A DNA stretch of 64,000 nucleotides from an uncultured Pseudomonadales bacterium (lineage in GTDB: Bacteria > Patescibacteriota > Microgenomatia > UBA1400 > CAYXSR01), in assembly GCA_964430265.1 (NCBI GenBank), contig CAYSEI010000003.1, forward strand, positions 1,070 through 65,069, in the 5' to 3' direction. Position 1 is the first letter of the stretch. Every line of letters starts with the position of its first letter. The position numbers were made by a program, and so were the translations under genes. The notes beneath the pieces are model-generated. The model was not told where the DNA came from, searched no databases, and saw nothing but the letters and a program-made list of their open reading frames with translations. Positions 8,433 through 17,905 of this stretch are shown here, piece by piece.

Positions 8433-8951
8433 ATGAAAATTATAGATAAAGTAACTACTAAAACAGATGTTTTTTCCCGGACAAATACATACTTAATCGG
8501 ATTGCTTGTACTTTTAATTGTTCCGCCTTTCTTTATAAACAACCAATTCATTACTGGACCCTTAGTAAATGCAATTCTTTTAAGCTCAGCTGTAATTGGC
8601 AGTAATTCTGTGGGAACAATATATGGTATGCTACCCAGTACGATTGCTTTAACCAGCGGGTTACTGCCGCTTCCTTTAGCACCAATGATCCCCTTTATAA
8701 TGTTGGCTAATGCAATTTATGTTCTGACTTTTAAAAGTTTATATAACAAAAATCTCTTTATGGGAATATTTGCTGGCTCTTTGGCAAAATTTATATTTTT
8801 AAATGCTTGTGTTTCTTTTATTTTACCCAATTTATTAAAAGTACAGTTTTTAAGTAAAATAGCAGTAATGATGAGCTGGCCCCAGCTGGTAACAGCAATT
8901 GTTGGCGGTGTTATTGCTTTAGGTATTATTGAAAAATTCCAGCAAAATTAA
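8433..8951 (+). CDS. Hypothetical polytopic membrane protein (about 5 TM), possibly a transporter substrate-capture component
   Basis: The ORF at 8322 overlaps the upstream gene, and the internal ATG at 8433 (MKIIDKV) is the more likely start. Hydrophobic throughout. Confidence 0.35.
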   Translation: MKIIDKVTTKTDVFSRTNTYLIGLLVLLIVPPFFINNQFITGPLVNAILLSSAVIGSNSVGTIYGMLPSTIALTSGLLPLPLAPMIPFIMLANAIYVLTFKSLYNKNLFMGIFAGSLAKFIFLNACVSFILPNLLKVQFLSKIAVMMSWPQLVTAIVGGVIALGIIEKFQQN

Positions 8952-8986
8952 CCAGTATTATATATTTTTTGCTTTTTTAAATTATT

Positions 8987-9997
8987 ATGGACAAAGATTT
9001 ATTATTGGAAAAAATTAAGCAAGCAGGAATTGTCGGACGCGGCGGCGGTGGTTTTCCCTCTCATTTAAAGTGGAAAAGAATTTTAGATCATCAAGCAGAT
9101 AAAAAAGTGCTTGTTTGTAATGCTTCCGAAGGTGAACCCGGTGTTTTTAAAGATTTTTACATCTTAAAAAATTACCCGGAAAAGGTATTTAAAGGCATAC
9201 GTATAGCTTTGGACTTTTTAGATTCTAAAGATGCATATATTAATTTTAATAAAGCCTATTACCATCAATTAAGGGATAAAATTGATCCTTTAGTACAGAA
9301 TTACAAGGATAAAGGTTGTGACATTCGTATTTTTATTGAAGAGCCCAGCTACATCGGAGGGGAAACCGGAGCACTTTTAAATGCAATTGAAGGAAAAAGA
9401 ACTGAGCCACGACTCAAACCGCCCTCTCCTTCTTTAGCAGGAATTCGTGGAAATCCTTGTTTAGTCCATAATGTTGAAACACTTTATGATGTCTGCTTGG
9501 TTGTTGATGGAAAATTTAAGGAAAAAAGATATTACAGTATCTCTGGTGAGGTTAGAAACTCTGGTGTTTATCATTTAAACAGGGATTTAAACATGGAAGA
9601 AGTTTTGAAAAAAACAAATAACTGGCCGGACATGGATTTTTTTGTACAGGCTGGCGGAGGAGCAAGCGGCCCTTGCTTTAATAAAGAACAGTTAAAAAAA
9701 GAAAAAACTCCGGGAAGCGGATCTATTGAGGTGTATCCAGCTGATACACATCCTAGAGAAATGTTTAAAAAATGGTTTACTTTTTATAAAAAGGAAAGCT
9801 GTGGCAAATGCGGGCCCTGTAGACAGGGAACTTATCAATTGTATAAAATGATTAACCAACGTGAACAAATCCCTTGGAAAGATATGGGAGAAATAATTGA
9901 AGCAATGGAAAAAACAGCTTTTTGTGCTTTGGGAACTTCCATTGCTATTCCCTATAAAAGCTATTTAACTAATGTATTAAAAAAGTGTGTATTATAA
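8987..9997 (+). CDS. NuoF-like NAD(P)H-binding FMN / 4Fe-4S flavoprotein (hydrogenase diaphorase HydB-like subunit)
   Basis: GRGGGGFPSHLKW and CNASEGEPGVFKD (NADH and FMN sites of the 51-kDa family). The C-terminus carries ESCGKCGPCRQG plus a distal Cys, matching the N3-type 4Fe-4S site. The stop overlaps the hydA start. Confidence 0.8.
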   Translation: MDKDLLLEKIKQAGIVGRGGGGFPSHLKWKRILDHQADKKVLVCNASEGEPGVFKDFYILKNYPEKVFKGIRIALDFLDSKDAYINFNKAYYHQLRDKIDPLVQNYKDKGCDIRIFIEEPSYIGGETGALLNAIEGKRTEPRLKPPSPSLAGIRGNPCLVHNVETLYDVCLVVDGKFKEKRYYSISGEVRNSGVYHLNRDLNMEEVLKKTNNWPDMDFFVQAGGGASGPCFNKEQLKKEKTPGSGSIEVYPADTHPREMFKKWFTFYKKESCGKCGPCRQGTYQLYKMINQREQIPWKDMGEIIEAMEKTAFCALGTSIAIPYKSYLTNVLKKCVL

Positions 9998-11702
9998 CAT
10001 GAAGAAAAAAAACACAGTATATATTGACAATAAACCATATTTTTTTGAACAAGGTGACACTATTTTAGATGTTGCCAGAAAAAATGACATTGATATTCCC
10101 CACCTTTGTTATCATCCCGACTTGCCCAAAGTGGCAAACTGCAGAACCTGTCTGGTTGAAAACCTGAACAAGGAGGAAATAACCACATCCTGTACCCTAG
10201 TTTGCAAAGACGGCATGAAAGTTAACACTAAAAGTGAGGAAATAAACAGATTAAGAAAAACTAATCTGGAACTGGTTTTGGCACAGCATACACAAAATTG
10301 TAATTTGTGCCAGAGCGGACTGCAGTGTGATACTGCAGACTTAATGAAAAAATATGGAGTTACCGGATACAAATATAGCAAAGAAAAGGTAGATGCTAAA
10401 AAACCCAAAATCGGTTCCTTAATAGAAATTGATCCTAAATTGTGCATTGGCTGTAGAAAATGTACTGAGGCCTGCAAAAAACAAGGTATTGGATATTTAG
10501 AACTGGATAAAAGAGGTCAGGAAATACATGTTAAACCAACTGAAAACAAGCATATTGATTGTATCTTTTGCGGACAATGCACTTTAAAATGTCCTGTCAA
10601 TGCAATCCGAGAACAAAATCAGGTAGAAGACGTAGAAAGAAAATTAAATGCTCCTGATAAAATTGTTATTGCCCAGATGGCTCCTTCTGTAAGAACTAGC
10701 ATCGGTGAAGAGTTTGGATTTCCAATCGGTACCAATCTGAGCAAAAAAATGTATACGGCATTTAGAAAATTGGGCTTTGAAAAGGTTTTTGATGTAAATA
10801 TGGGTGCAGACATTACCACCATGGTAGAAGCAGAAGAACTAATTGAAAGGATTGAAGAAAACGAAGGTTTGCCAATGTTTACTTCTTGCTGTCCTTCCTG
10901 GGTAAAATTTATTGAATTTTATTACCCAGAATTTATCCCCAATTTAACTACCTGCCGTTCACCCCAAATTCATTCCGGTGCTGCATACAAAACCTGGTGG
11001 GCCCAAAAAAAAGGAATTGACCCCAAAAATATTGTAGTGGTTTCTATTATGCCTTGTACTTCCAAAAAATTTGAGGCACAATTGGAAAAACTGAAAGTCA
11101 ACGGCCATTATCCAGTTGACCATGTTTTGACTACCAGAGAAACCGCTGACCTATTAAAAAAACACAATATCGACCCGCATGATCTAAAAGATTCAGACGT
11201 TGACAAATACGGAGAATATACTGGTGCCGCAGCAATATACGGGGCTTCCGGCGGAGTAATGGAGTCAGCACTTAGAACTGCTGCTTATCAAATGACTGGA
11301 AAAGACTTGGAAAAACTGGAATTTGAACAGGTAAGAGGAACTAAAGGAATTAAAAAAACAACCGTCACTATTGATGGCAAGGAATTACGTTTAGCCGTAG
11401 TTTCTAATACAAAAAATGCCCGCATTATTTTACAAGAGATTAAAAAGAAACCAAAAGCTTACCACTATATTGAATTTATGACCTGTCCGGGCGGATGTTT
11501 GGGCGGCGGCGGCCAGCCGCTTTCTTCCACTGAAGAAACTGTCAAAGAAAGGATTAAGAGCTTGTATAAAATAGATACAGAATCAAAAATAAGAAAGGCA
11601 CACGAAAACCCGATTGTTAAAGAATTTTTTGATTACCTAGACACTTTGCCTGAAGAAAAAAGAAAACAAATTCTTTATACCAACTACCAGAAAAGAAGTT
11701 GA
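9987..11702 (+). CDS. hydA: [FeFe]-hydrogenase catalytic subunit (group A, M3-like). Domains are an N-terminal 2Fe-2S ferredoxin, 2x[4Fe-4S] and the H-cluster.
   Basis: H-cluster motifs are L1 FTSCCPSWV, L2 MPCTSKKFEA and L3 EFMTCPGGCLGGGGQP. Two CxxCxxCxxxCP ferredoxin motifs and an N-terminal Cys pattern CYHPDLPKVANCRTC are also present. Confidence 0.9.
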   Translation: MYYNMKKKNTVYIDNKPYFFEQGDTILDVARKNDIDIPHLCYHPDLPKVANCRTCLVENLNKEEITTSCTLVCKDGMKVNTKSEEINRLRKTNLELVLAQHTQNCNLCQSGLQCDTADLMKKYGVTGYKYSKEKVDAKKPKIGSLIEIDPKLCIGCRKCTEACKKQGIGYLELDKRGQEIHVKPTENKHIDCIFCGQCTLKCPVNAIREQNQVEDVERKLNAPDKIVIAQMAPSVRTSIGEEFGFPIGTNLSKKMYTAFRKLGFEKVFDVNMGADITTMVEAEELIERIEENEGLPMFTSCCPSWVKFIEFYYPEFIPNLTTCRSPQIHSGAAYKTWWAQKKGIDPKNIVVVSIMPCTSKKFEAQLEKLKVNGHYPVDHVLTTRETADLLKKHNIDPHDLKDSDVDKYGEYTGAAAIYGASGGVMESALRTAAYQMTGKDLEKLEFEQVRGTKGIKKTTVTIDGKELRLAVVSNTKNARIILQEIKKKPKAYHYIEFMTCPGGCLGGGGQPLSSTEETVKERIKSLYKIDTESKIRKAHENPIVKEFFDYLDTLPEEKRKQILYTNYQKRS

Positions 11703-11706
11703 ATGC

Positions 11707-12471
11707 TTGCTGGTATTAAAACAATTGTATTATTCTCTAAAATATAATTTCTGTATATTTATGAAAGCAACTGAAAATCTAATCAATCAGCAACAGATTA
11801 AGTTTTTAACTATGCACTATTATTACCGTATAGAGAAATTTGTCAAAAAAGTTGCTTCTAAATATGATAAAAAAAACTTAAAGGTTTTAGACATTGGTGC
11901 CGGCAAATGCTCATATAAAAAACTTTTTAACAAAGCTTCTTATTATTCCACCGATATTCGCCAAAATAAAGACAATAGCATTAATTACGTAACTGATTTT
12001 AATTATGGATTAAAAGACCTTGAAAACAATTCTTTTGATTATATTTTATGTATTCAGGTTTTAGAACACCTTAAATTTCCCCATAAAGCTTTTAAGGAAA
12101 TGAATAGATTATTAAAACCTGGGGGTAAATTATTTCTATCGACAAACTTTATCGCTCATATGCATATGATTCCCAATGACTATTTCCGCTTCACTAAGTA
12201 TGGGTTAAAACTATTAGGTGAAGAAAACGGTTTTGAAGTAGAACATCTAGCAGAACACGGGGGCATTTTTCATGTTTTGAGTTATACATTAAGCACCCTG
12301 CCTCTAAGAATAATATTCTGCAAAGTAAATTTTTGGTACACTCTTTATTTATTGATTTTCAGCCTACCAATTATATGCTTAAACTTATTAGCAATACTCT
12401 TGGATAACTTTGATAAAGAAAAAAGAATGACGATAAATTACGAAGTCATTTATAAAAAAACATCTTCTTAA
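11707..12471 (+). CDS. Class I SAM-dependent methyltransferase (type 11-like)
   Basis: VLDIGAGKC glycine loop, then FDYILCIQVLEHL. Hydrophobic C-terminus. The start may be the internal Met MKATENL. Confidence 0.65.
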   Translation: MLVLKQLYYSLKYNFCIFMKATENLINQQQIKFLTMHYYYRIEKFVKKVASKYDKKNLKVLDIGAGKCSYKKLFNKASYYSTDIRQNKDNSINYVTDFNYGLKDLENNSFDYILCIQVLEHLKFPHKAFKEMNRLLKPGGKLFLSTNFIAHMHMIPNDYFRFTKYGLKLLGEENGFEVEHLAEHGGIFHVLSYTLSTLPLRIIFCKVNFWYTLYLLIFSLPIICLNLLAILLDNFDKEKRMTINYEVIYKKTSS

Positions 12472-12491
12472 TCTCCCCTATCCTTATCAAT

Positions 12492-13946
12492 TTACCTAAA
12501 ATCAAGCTGTTTGCTAAAGTAACGCTTAACAAAACGCAAATAATATTTAAAAACATCCCAATTGGTTAAAGCATATTGTATTTTCATCAGCATCCACTGG
12601 GGCGTAAAAACCAGACTGTAAAATTTACGGATGTATTCTTTTAATTCTTTGTTTTTTAAATCCGTTTTTACAATTGGCTGGCGCATGTCATATTTTCCCC
12701 AATCTTTTGTTTTTAGCCAGTTTTTTTCATTGGCTTCTTTAAAAAGAGGTGTTCCCGGATAAGGGATTACAATAGTAGTCTGCCAGCTGTCAATTAATTT
12801 TTTTTGTACTAGATCTTTAAAAAATTGGTAAGTGTTTTCAATATCTTTTTCTTCTTCCCAGGGATAGCCAATCATTACTGTTACATGCGGATTTAAGCCT
12901 GCTTTTTTTGCATTTTTTAAATTGGGTTCAATCTGTTCCACTTTTAAACCTTTGTTTATTTTATCCAGAGTTTTCTGGTTAGCTGATTCAAGTCCATAAA
13001 GTAAGAAGCGGAAGCCGGCTTTGCGCATCATTTGGTAGTCTTTTTTTGTTAGGTTGCTGTTAAAACGCATATTGCAATTTATCCTGACTTTTTTATTTAA
13101 TCCTTTTTTAATCATTTTTTCACAAAACTCATTTAGCCAGTTACCAACAGGAAAAGTTCCTGAATCATCCATGATTTCTTTTATTGAGTATTTTTTAACT
13201 AATTCCTCCACTTCTTTTATTGCCTTATCAACAGAAATAGTTCTGCACTGGGGGTATAAGTTTGCCGGCCAGCTGCAAAAAGTACACTTCCCCCACCAGC
13301 AGTCGCGTGAAAACATAGTATATGTACCCGGCAAGCTGCGGTAATTTGAGTTTTTATATGCATAAGTCTTCCAGTTTGTTAGCTCCCTGTCTATTAAAGG
13401 AAGATTGCTTAAATCTTTTTTAAGCTGGAATTTTCCTGTATTTAATATTTTTCTATTTTTCTTGTACCATATACCTGGTTTAAGCTTTTTTCCTTTTTCT
13501 ATATGCTTAACAACACTTAAAAGCAGATAATCATAGTCTCCTCCGGTGAGAATATAGTCGGCCTGTGAGTTATTCAAAGTTTCTTTTGGTCTAGCTGTTA
13601 CATGATCTCCTGCTAAAATAATTGTTAATTGCTTGTTTATTTTTTTTAATTTCTCAATTATTTGCCAGTGTTTTTTAATTACTGGTGTTTTTGTTTCTAA
13701 AAAAAGAATATCCGGATTAAAATCAAATAATTTGCTCTCCCATTTTTTGTATTGCATCTGCTTGTTTATTCCGTCCAACCATAAAATCTCGTATCCAGCA
13801 TTTTTAAGCATTGTAGCTGCATAAGCAGGAATTATCGGATAGGCTGTCCAAGGGGTTTTTGCCCATTGAAACTGCCTGTTTTGGGCAAGCAGGGCTGTTC
13901 CTTTTTTTGATTCTAATTGAGGATAGCCAATTGCTATTTTCATCAT
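12492..13946 (-). CDS. B12-binding-domain radical SAM protein (class B radical SAM family)
   Basis: The N-terminal cobalamin-binding-like domain begins MKIAIGYPQ. The radical SAM CxxxCxxC is CWWGKCTFC. The ORF could start at 13967, but that leaves only 18 bp to the divergent GT gene. Confidence 0.75.
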   Translation of the reverse strand: MMKIAIGYPQLESKKGTALLAQNRQFQWAKTPWTAYPIIPAYAATMLKNAGYEILWLDGINKQMQYKKWESKLFDFNPDILFLETKTPVIKKHWQIIEKLKKINKQLTIILAGDHVTARPKETLNNSQADYILTGGDYDYLLLSVVKHIEKGKKLKPGIWYKKNRKILNTGKFQLKKDLSNLPLIDRELTNWKTYAYKNSNYRSLPGTYTMFSRDCWWGKCTFCSWPANLYPQCRTISVDKAIKEVEELVKKYSIKEIMDDSGTFPVGNWLNEFCEKMIKKGLNKKVRINCNMRFNSNLTKKDYQMMRKAGFRFLLYGLESANQKTLDKINKGLKVEQIEPNLKNAKKAGLNPHVTVMIGYPWEEEKDIENTYQFFKDLVQKKLIDSWQTTIVIPYPGTPLFKEANEKNWLKTKDWGKYDMRQPIVKTDLKNKELKEYIRKFYSLVFTPQWMLMKIQYALTNWDVFKYYLRFVKRYFSKQLDFR

Positions 13947-13985
13947 TTTTAGTATACCATTAGCCAAATATTGTAAAATAGGGGT

Positions 13986-14972
13986 ATGAAATCTGTAAGT
14001 GTAATTTTAGCTACCTTAAACAGCGGTGATATTTTAGATAAGTGCTTGTCCTCTGTGCGCAGTCAAGAATATAACCAAGATAAAATTGAGATTATTGCTG
14101 CAGACGGCGGGTCCACTGACGCAACTTTGGACATCTTAAAAAAATACAAAGCGCAAATTATTCCGGAAAATACGGGGAATCCAGAAGCTGCAAAACTTCT
14201 GGCACTTAAAAAAGCAAAAAACGAAATTATTCTGCATATTGACGATGATACTGTCCTTCCCAACAACAAATGGCTGAAAAACATGCTTGATTGTTTTGCA
14301 AAAGAACCAGAAGCTGTTGCCTGCTACCCTTGGCGATATACGTATAGGAAAAAAGATAAATTTTTAAATAGGTATTTTGCACTTTTTGGAGTTAATGATC
14401 CTCTTGCATATTTTCTAAAAAAAGCAGACAGACAGGATTACCTGCCTCCCAAAGACAAGTACAAATTAAAAGGAAAAGCTACTGACAAGGGAAAATATTT
14501 TTTGGTCGAGTTTAATAAAAATAATCTGCCGACTGTAGGTGCAAACGGATTTTTAATTAAAAGAAAAATCTTAAACAAAGTTTTGCAAAATAAAAAACAC
14601 TTTTTTCATATTGATGCAAATTTAAAATTAGTTAAAAAGGTTTTTAACAAATACATTGTAGTTAAAAATAATGTTTTACATTTAAGCGGTGGTTCACTTT
14701 TAAAGTATCTTAAAAAAAGATCCCGCTATTTAAATATTGTTAACTTGGAGCAAAAACAAAACCGCATATATTATACTGCTGATGTTAACAAAGACTTTTT
14801 TATGCTTGTCTTGTTTGCTATCTATGCAAACACTTATATAGGTCCTCTTTTAGTCTCTTTTAAAGGCTTTTTATCTAAAAAAGACCCGGCTTGGTTTTTG
14901 CATCCGATTATTAATTTTTTGATTGCCTGGATATATTTTATTAACGTATTAAAATCATGGCTGAAAAAATAA
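13986..14972 (+). CDS. Glycosyltransferase family 2 (1 of 5 tandem paralogs)
   Basis: VSVILATLN...IIAADGGSTD. GT-A fold N-terminal signature. Confidence 0.75.
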   Translation: MKSVSVILATLNSGDILDKCLSSVRSQEYNQDKIEIIAADGGSTDATLDILKKYKAQIIPENTGNPEAAKLLALKKAKNEIILHIDDDTVLPNNKWLKNMLDCFAKEPEAVACYPWRYTYRKKDKFLNRYFALFGVNDPLAYFLKKADRQDYLPPKDKYKLKGKATDKGKYFLVEFNKNNLPTVGANGFLIKRKILNKVLQNKKHFFHIDANLKLVKKVFNKYIVVKNNVLHLSGGSLLKYLKKRSRYLNIVNLEQKQNRIYYTADVNKDFFMLVLFAIYANTYIGPLLVSFKGFLSKKDPAWFLHPIINFLIAWIYFINVLKSWLKK

Positions 14973-15925
14973 CACCGCAAATTTCTATTGTCATCTGTAC
15001 CTTTAACCGTGCTGAGAGTCTAAAAAATTGCTTACAATCATTGACCAAGCAAACTTTTTCTGATTTTGAAGTAATAATTGTTGACGGCGGATCGCAAGAC
15101 AAAACACCACAGATAATTGAAAATTACAAAAACAAATTAAATATAAAAGTAGTTATTAATAAATCGAAAAATATTGCTAAACTAAGAGACTGTGGATGGA
15201 GGCAAGCTGAAGGAAGATATATTTCCTGGATTGACGATGATGTGGTTGCCTCACCAAACTGGGCGGAAACTGTTTTTAATGTGCTTAAAAACAACAAAAA
15301 CATCACGGGTGTGACTGGTCCGACATTGATTCCCAAAGAAATTCTGCAAAATCGTGACGTATTCTTTTTTCATAATAAAAAAGACTTGCTTGCAAAGTTT
15401 TGGCAAAACTTTGTTTTAGAAGGAAAAGAAAAGGACCCAGGACAAATTTTAAAAAATGGATTTTGGACGCCGGGATCCAATTTTTCCGAATCCACAAAAC
15501 TAGAAAAATCTGTTGAGGTTGATTTTTTGGAGGCTTGTAACATGACTTTTAAAAAAAGTCTGGTGGAAAAAGTGAACGGTTTTAACCCGGATTTTTTTAA
15601 AGAATGGTCTGAGGCGGATCTGTCGCAAAGAATTAAAAAACTTGGATACAAGTTGCTTTTCCATCCCAAAGCAGTTGTTGAGCACCACATTTCCAAAAAA
15701 GGCGCTTTTCACGGACGGACAACAGCAAAAGAAAGAATGCAGGATTTTTTTAACTTTTATTTTAAACATGCCTATAAGTTTAAATATTTATGGAGGTTTT
15801 TAATTTTGGTGTTTATACAAAATCTTTACTATACATACAAAGCAATAAAAGACAAAAATATTTCTTGGCTGGGCAGCTGGTTGGGAACAATTAAAGGATT
15901 TAAATATATATGCAAAAAGAATTAA
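14957..15925 (+). CDS. Glycosyltransferase family 2 (2 of 5)
   Basis: ISIVICTFNRAESL, VIIVDGGSQD, WIDDDV (DxD). Confidence 0.75.
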   Translation: MAEKITPQISIVICTFNRAESLKNCLQSLTKQTFSDFEVIIVDGGSQDKTPQIIENYKNKLNIKVVINKSKNIAKLRDCGWRQAEGRYISWIDDDVVASPNWAETVFNVLKNNKNITGVTGPTLIPKEILQNRDVFFFHNKKDLLAKFWQNFVLEGKEKDPGQILKNGFWTPGSNFSESTKLEKSVEVDFLEACNMTFKKSLVEKVNGFNPDFFKEWSEADLSQRIKKLGYKLLFHPKAVVEHHISKKGAFHGRTTAKERMQDFFNFYFKHAYKFKYLWRFLILVFIQNLYYTYKAIKDKNISWLGSWLGTIKGFKYICKKN

Positions 15926-16929
15926 GCTCTATCATCATTCCCACACACGGATATACCCAAGAATTAAAAGATTGCTTGCTTTCAATTAAAAAAAATACCC
16001 AGGCTGATTATGAGTTGATTGTTGTAGCAACCGAAGAACCGCCTCAGAAATTCTTTAATAATCTGGGTGTAAAATTAATCAAAACCAAAGAGTTCGGCCC
16101 GGCAAAAAAAAGAAATATTGCTGTAAAAAAATCCATTGGAAAATATTTAATATTTTTGGATTCAGATACTGTGGTTGATAAAAATTGGCTTAACCCTGTA
16201 GTTGGTTATCTAAACAAAAATCCAAATGTTGGTGGCGGACAGTTTAAATTATTAAAATATTCGGACAAAAATGTTTTTGATTCTGCAGGAGAAAAAATTA
16301 CACCCTGGGGGTTCTTGGTAGAACGTGCACGCAGCAGCAAAGACAAATTACAATTTGACAAGGTAGAAAAAATATTTAGTATTAAGGGTGCTGCCATGAT
16401 TTTTAAACGTAAAGTGTTTGAAAAAGCAGGCGGCTTTGACCCTAATTACTTTATTTTTTGGGAAGAACCAGACATATGCTGGAGAATTTGGAAAACAGGC
16501 AAGGAAATTGTTTTTCTATACATGGGAAAAGTCTGGCACAAAAAAGAAAAACAAAACAAAAGCTCATATAAAAAAAAGCGCAGCAAAATTACTTATTGGG
16601 GCTGCAGAAACCAGATCATGACTGTTTATAAAAACAGCGTCGGCATAAACAGAATAAGAATGCTTTTTTGTGTTAACCTTGCCTGGCTTTCCTTTTTAAT
16701 ACTTTTCTCTTTAAAAGGGCAGTTTGAACAAAGCAAAGCAATTATTAATGCTTATAAATATATTTTCCCCAATTTTACATCCTTAAAACAAAAAAGAAAC
16801 AAACTAAAGCAAGACCTTGGCAAGAATTTTTATTCGGATAAAAAATGGCTGCCTAAAGTTACAATTAAAAGAGGTTTAAAATGGTATTGGGGTAAAGGAT
16901 CTAGTTATTTATTAAATAAGCCTTTTTAA
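15910..16929 (+). CDS. Glycosyltransferase family 2 (3 of 5)
   Basis: SIIIPTHGY...FLDSDT. C-terminal TM segment. Confidence 0.7.
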   Translation: MQKELSSIIIPTHGYTQELKDCLLSIKKNTQADYELIVVATEEPPQKFFNNLGVKLIKTKEFGPAKKRNIAVKKSIGKYLIFLDSDTVVDKNWLNPVVGYLNKNPNVGGGQFKLLKYSDKNVFDSAGEKITPWGFLVERARSSKDKLQFDKVEKIFSIKGAAMIFKRKVFEKAGGFDPNYFIFWEEPDICWRIWKTGKEIVFLYMGKVWHKKEKQNKSSYKKKRSKITYWGCRNQIMTVYKNSVGINRIRMLFCVNLAWLSFLILFSLKGQFEQSKAIINAYKYIFPNFTSLKQKRNKLKQDLGKNFYSDKKWLPKVTIKRGLKWYWGKGSSYLLNKPF

Positions 16930-16930
16930 A

Positions 16931-17905
16931 ATGATTTCTGTAATAATTGTTAATTACAACGGAGCAAAATATATTAAAGACTGTATTAAATCTTTACAGT
17001 CTTCAATCTACAAAAATTTTGAAATAATTTTTGTGGATGATTGTTCAACTGATCAATCATTTAAAATAATTAAAAAATTTAAAAATGTTAAATTAATTCA
17101 AAACAAAAAAAACTTGGGAGCATCGTTATCCAGAAATAAAGGTGCAAAAAGAGCTAAAGGTAACCTTCTATTTTTCCTTGATGTTGACACTAAAACTATT
17201 CCAAGTGCATTAGATAATCTTGCCAAGGAGTTTAACAAAAATGAAACAATGGGAGCAGCACAAGTGCAATTAATTAAAGCAGATAAAAATGTCTTGGATT
17301 CCAGCGGCCACTATTTATCACCTTTTGGCTTCCCTTATGAAACTGGGACAAACAAAAATCCGGACAAATATCAAGAAAAAAGAAAAATATTGGGAGGTAA
17401 ATCCGCCGGATTAATCGTCAGAAAAAATGTGTTTGAAAAAATAAATGGTTTTGATTCGGACTATTTTATTTACGGTGAAGATACTGATCTTTGCTGGCAT
17501 GTTTGGCTATCAGGATTTGAAGTATTTTATTTACCTTCTGTAAAAATATTTCATTTTCAAAAAAGCAGTATTAACAAAAATACAAAAAAAAGAGTTTTTT
17601 ATCAGGGCACTAAAAACAATCTTAATTATTTATTAAAAAACCTTGAGTTGAAAAAGTTCTTTTGGATTATTCCTCTGCATGTTCTGGGATGGATGCTGCT
17701 ATTTTTTAAAAAAGTTTTAACTGGAGAGTTTAAGTTTGCTCTAGCAATTATAAACGGGCTTTTTTGGAATCTTATTAATCTACCCAAAATAATGCAAAAA
17801 AGGGGGATAATAAAAAGTAAAAACATAGACAGAAAAATATTGTTTGGTGAAATAAAAATTGGTAGCCTTTTTAATAAAGGTTTAAGGTGGTTTAAAAATG
17901 TCTGA
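16931..17905 (+). CDS. Glycosyltransferase family 2 (4 of 5)
   Basis: ISVIIVNYNGAKYIKDC, FVDDCSTD, FLDVDT. Confidence 0.75.
   Translation: MISVIIVNYNGAKYIKDCIKSLQSSIYKNFEIIFVDDCSTDQSFKIIKKFKNVKLIQNKKNLGASLSRNKGAKRAKGNLLFFLDVDTKTIPSALDNLAKEFNKNETMGAAQVQLIKADKNVLDSSGHYLSPFGFPYETGTNKNPDKYQEKRKILGGKSAGLIVRKNVFEKINGFDSDYFIYGEDTDLCWHVWLSGFEVFYLPSVKIFHFQKSSINKNTKKRVFYQGTKNNLNYLLKNLELKKFFWIIPLHVLGWMLLFFKKVLTGEFKFALAIINGLFWNLINLPKIMQKRGIIKSKNIDRKILFGEIKIGSLFNKGLRWFKNV

Noticed and set aside
8987-9997. Possibility that the NuoF-like gene is the complex I subunit NuoF
   Set aside because: No other nuo genes are adjacent, and its stop overlaps the hydA start. This fits a hydrogenase diaphorase subunit better.
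13947-13985. The very short spacer between the divergent radical SAM and GT2 genes, considered as evidence of a bidirectional promoter element
   Set aside because: It is more likely that the longer radical SAM start (13967) is mis-called and the true start is the internal MKIAIGYPQ Met. There is not enough sequence signal to define promoter elements.
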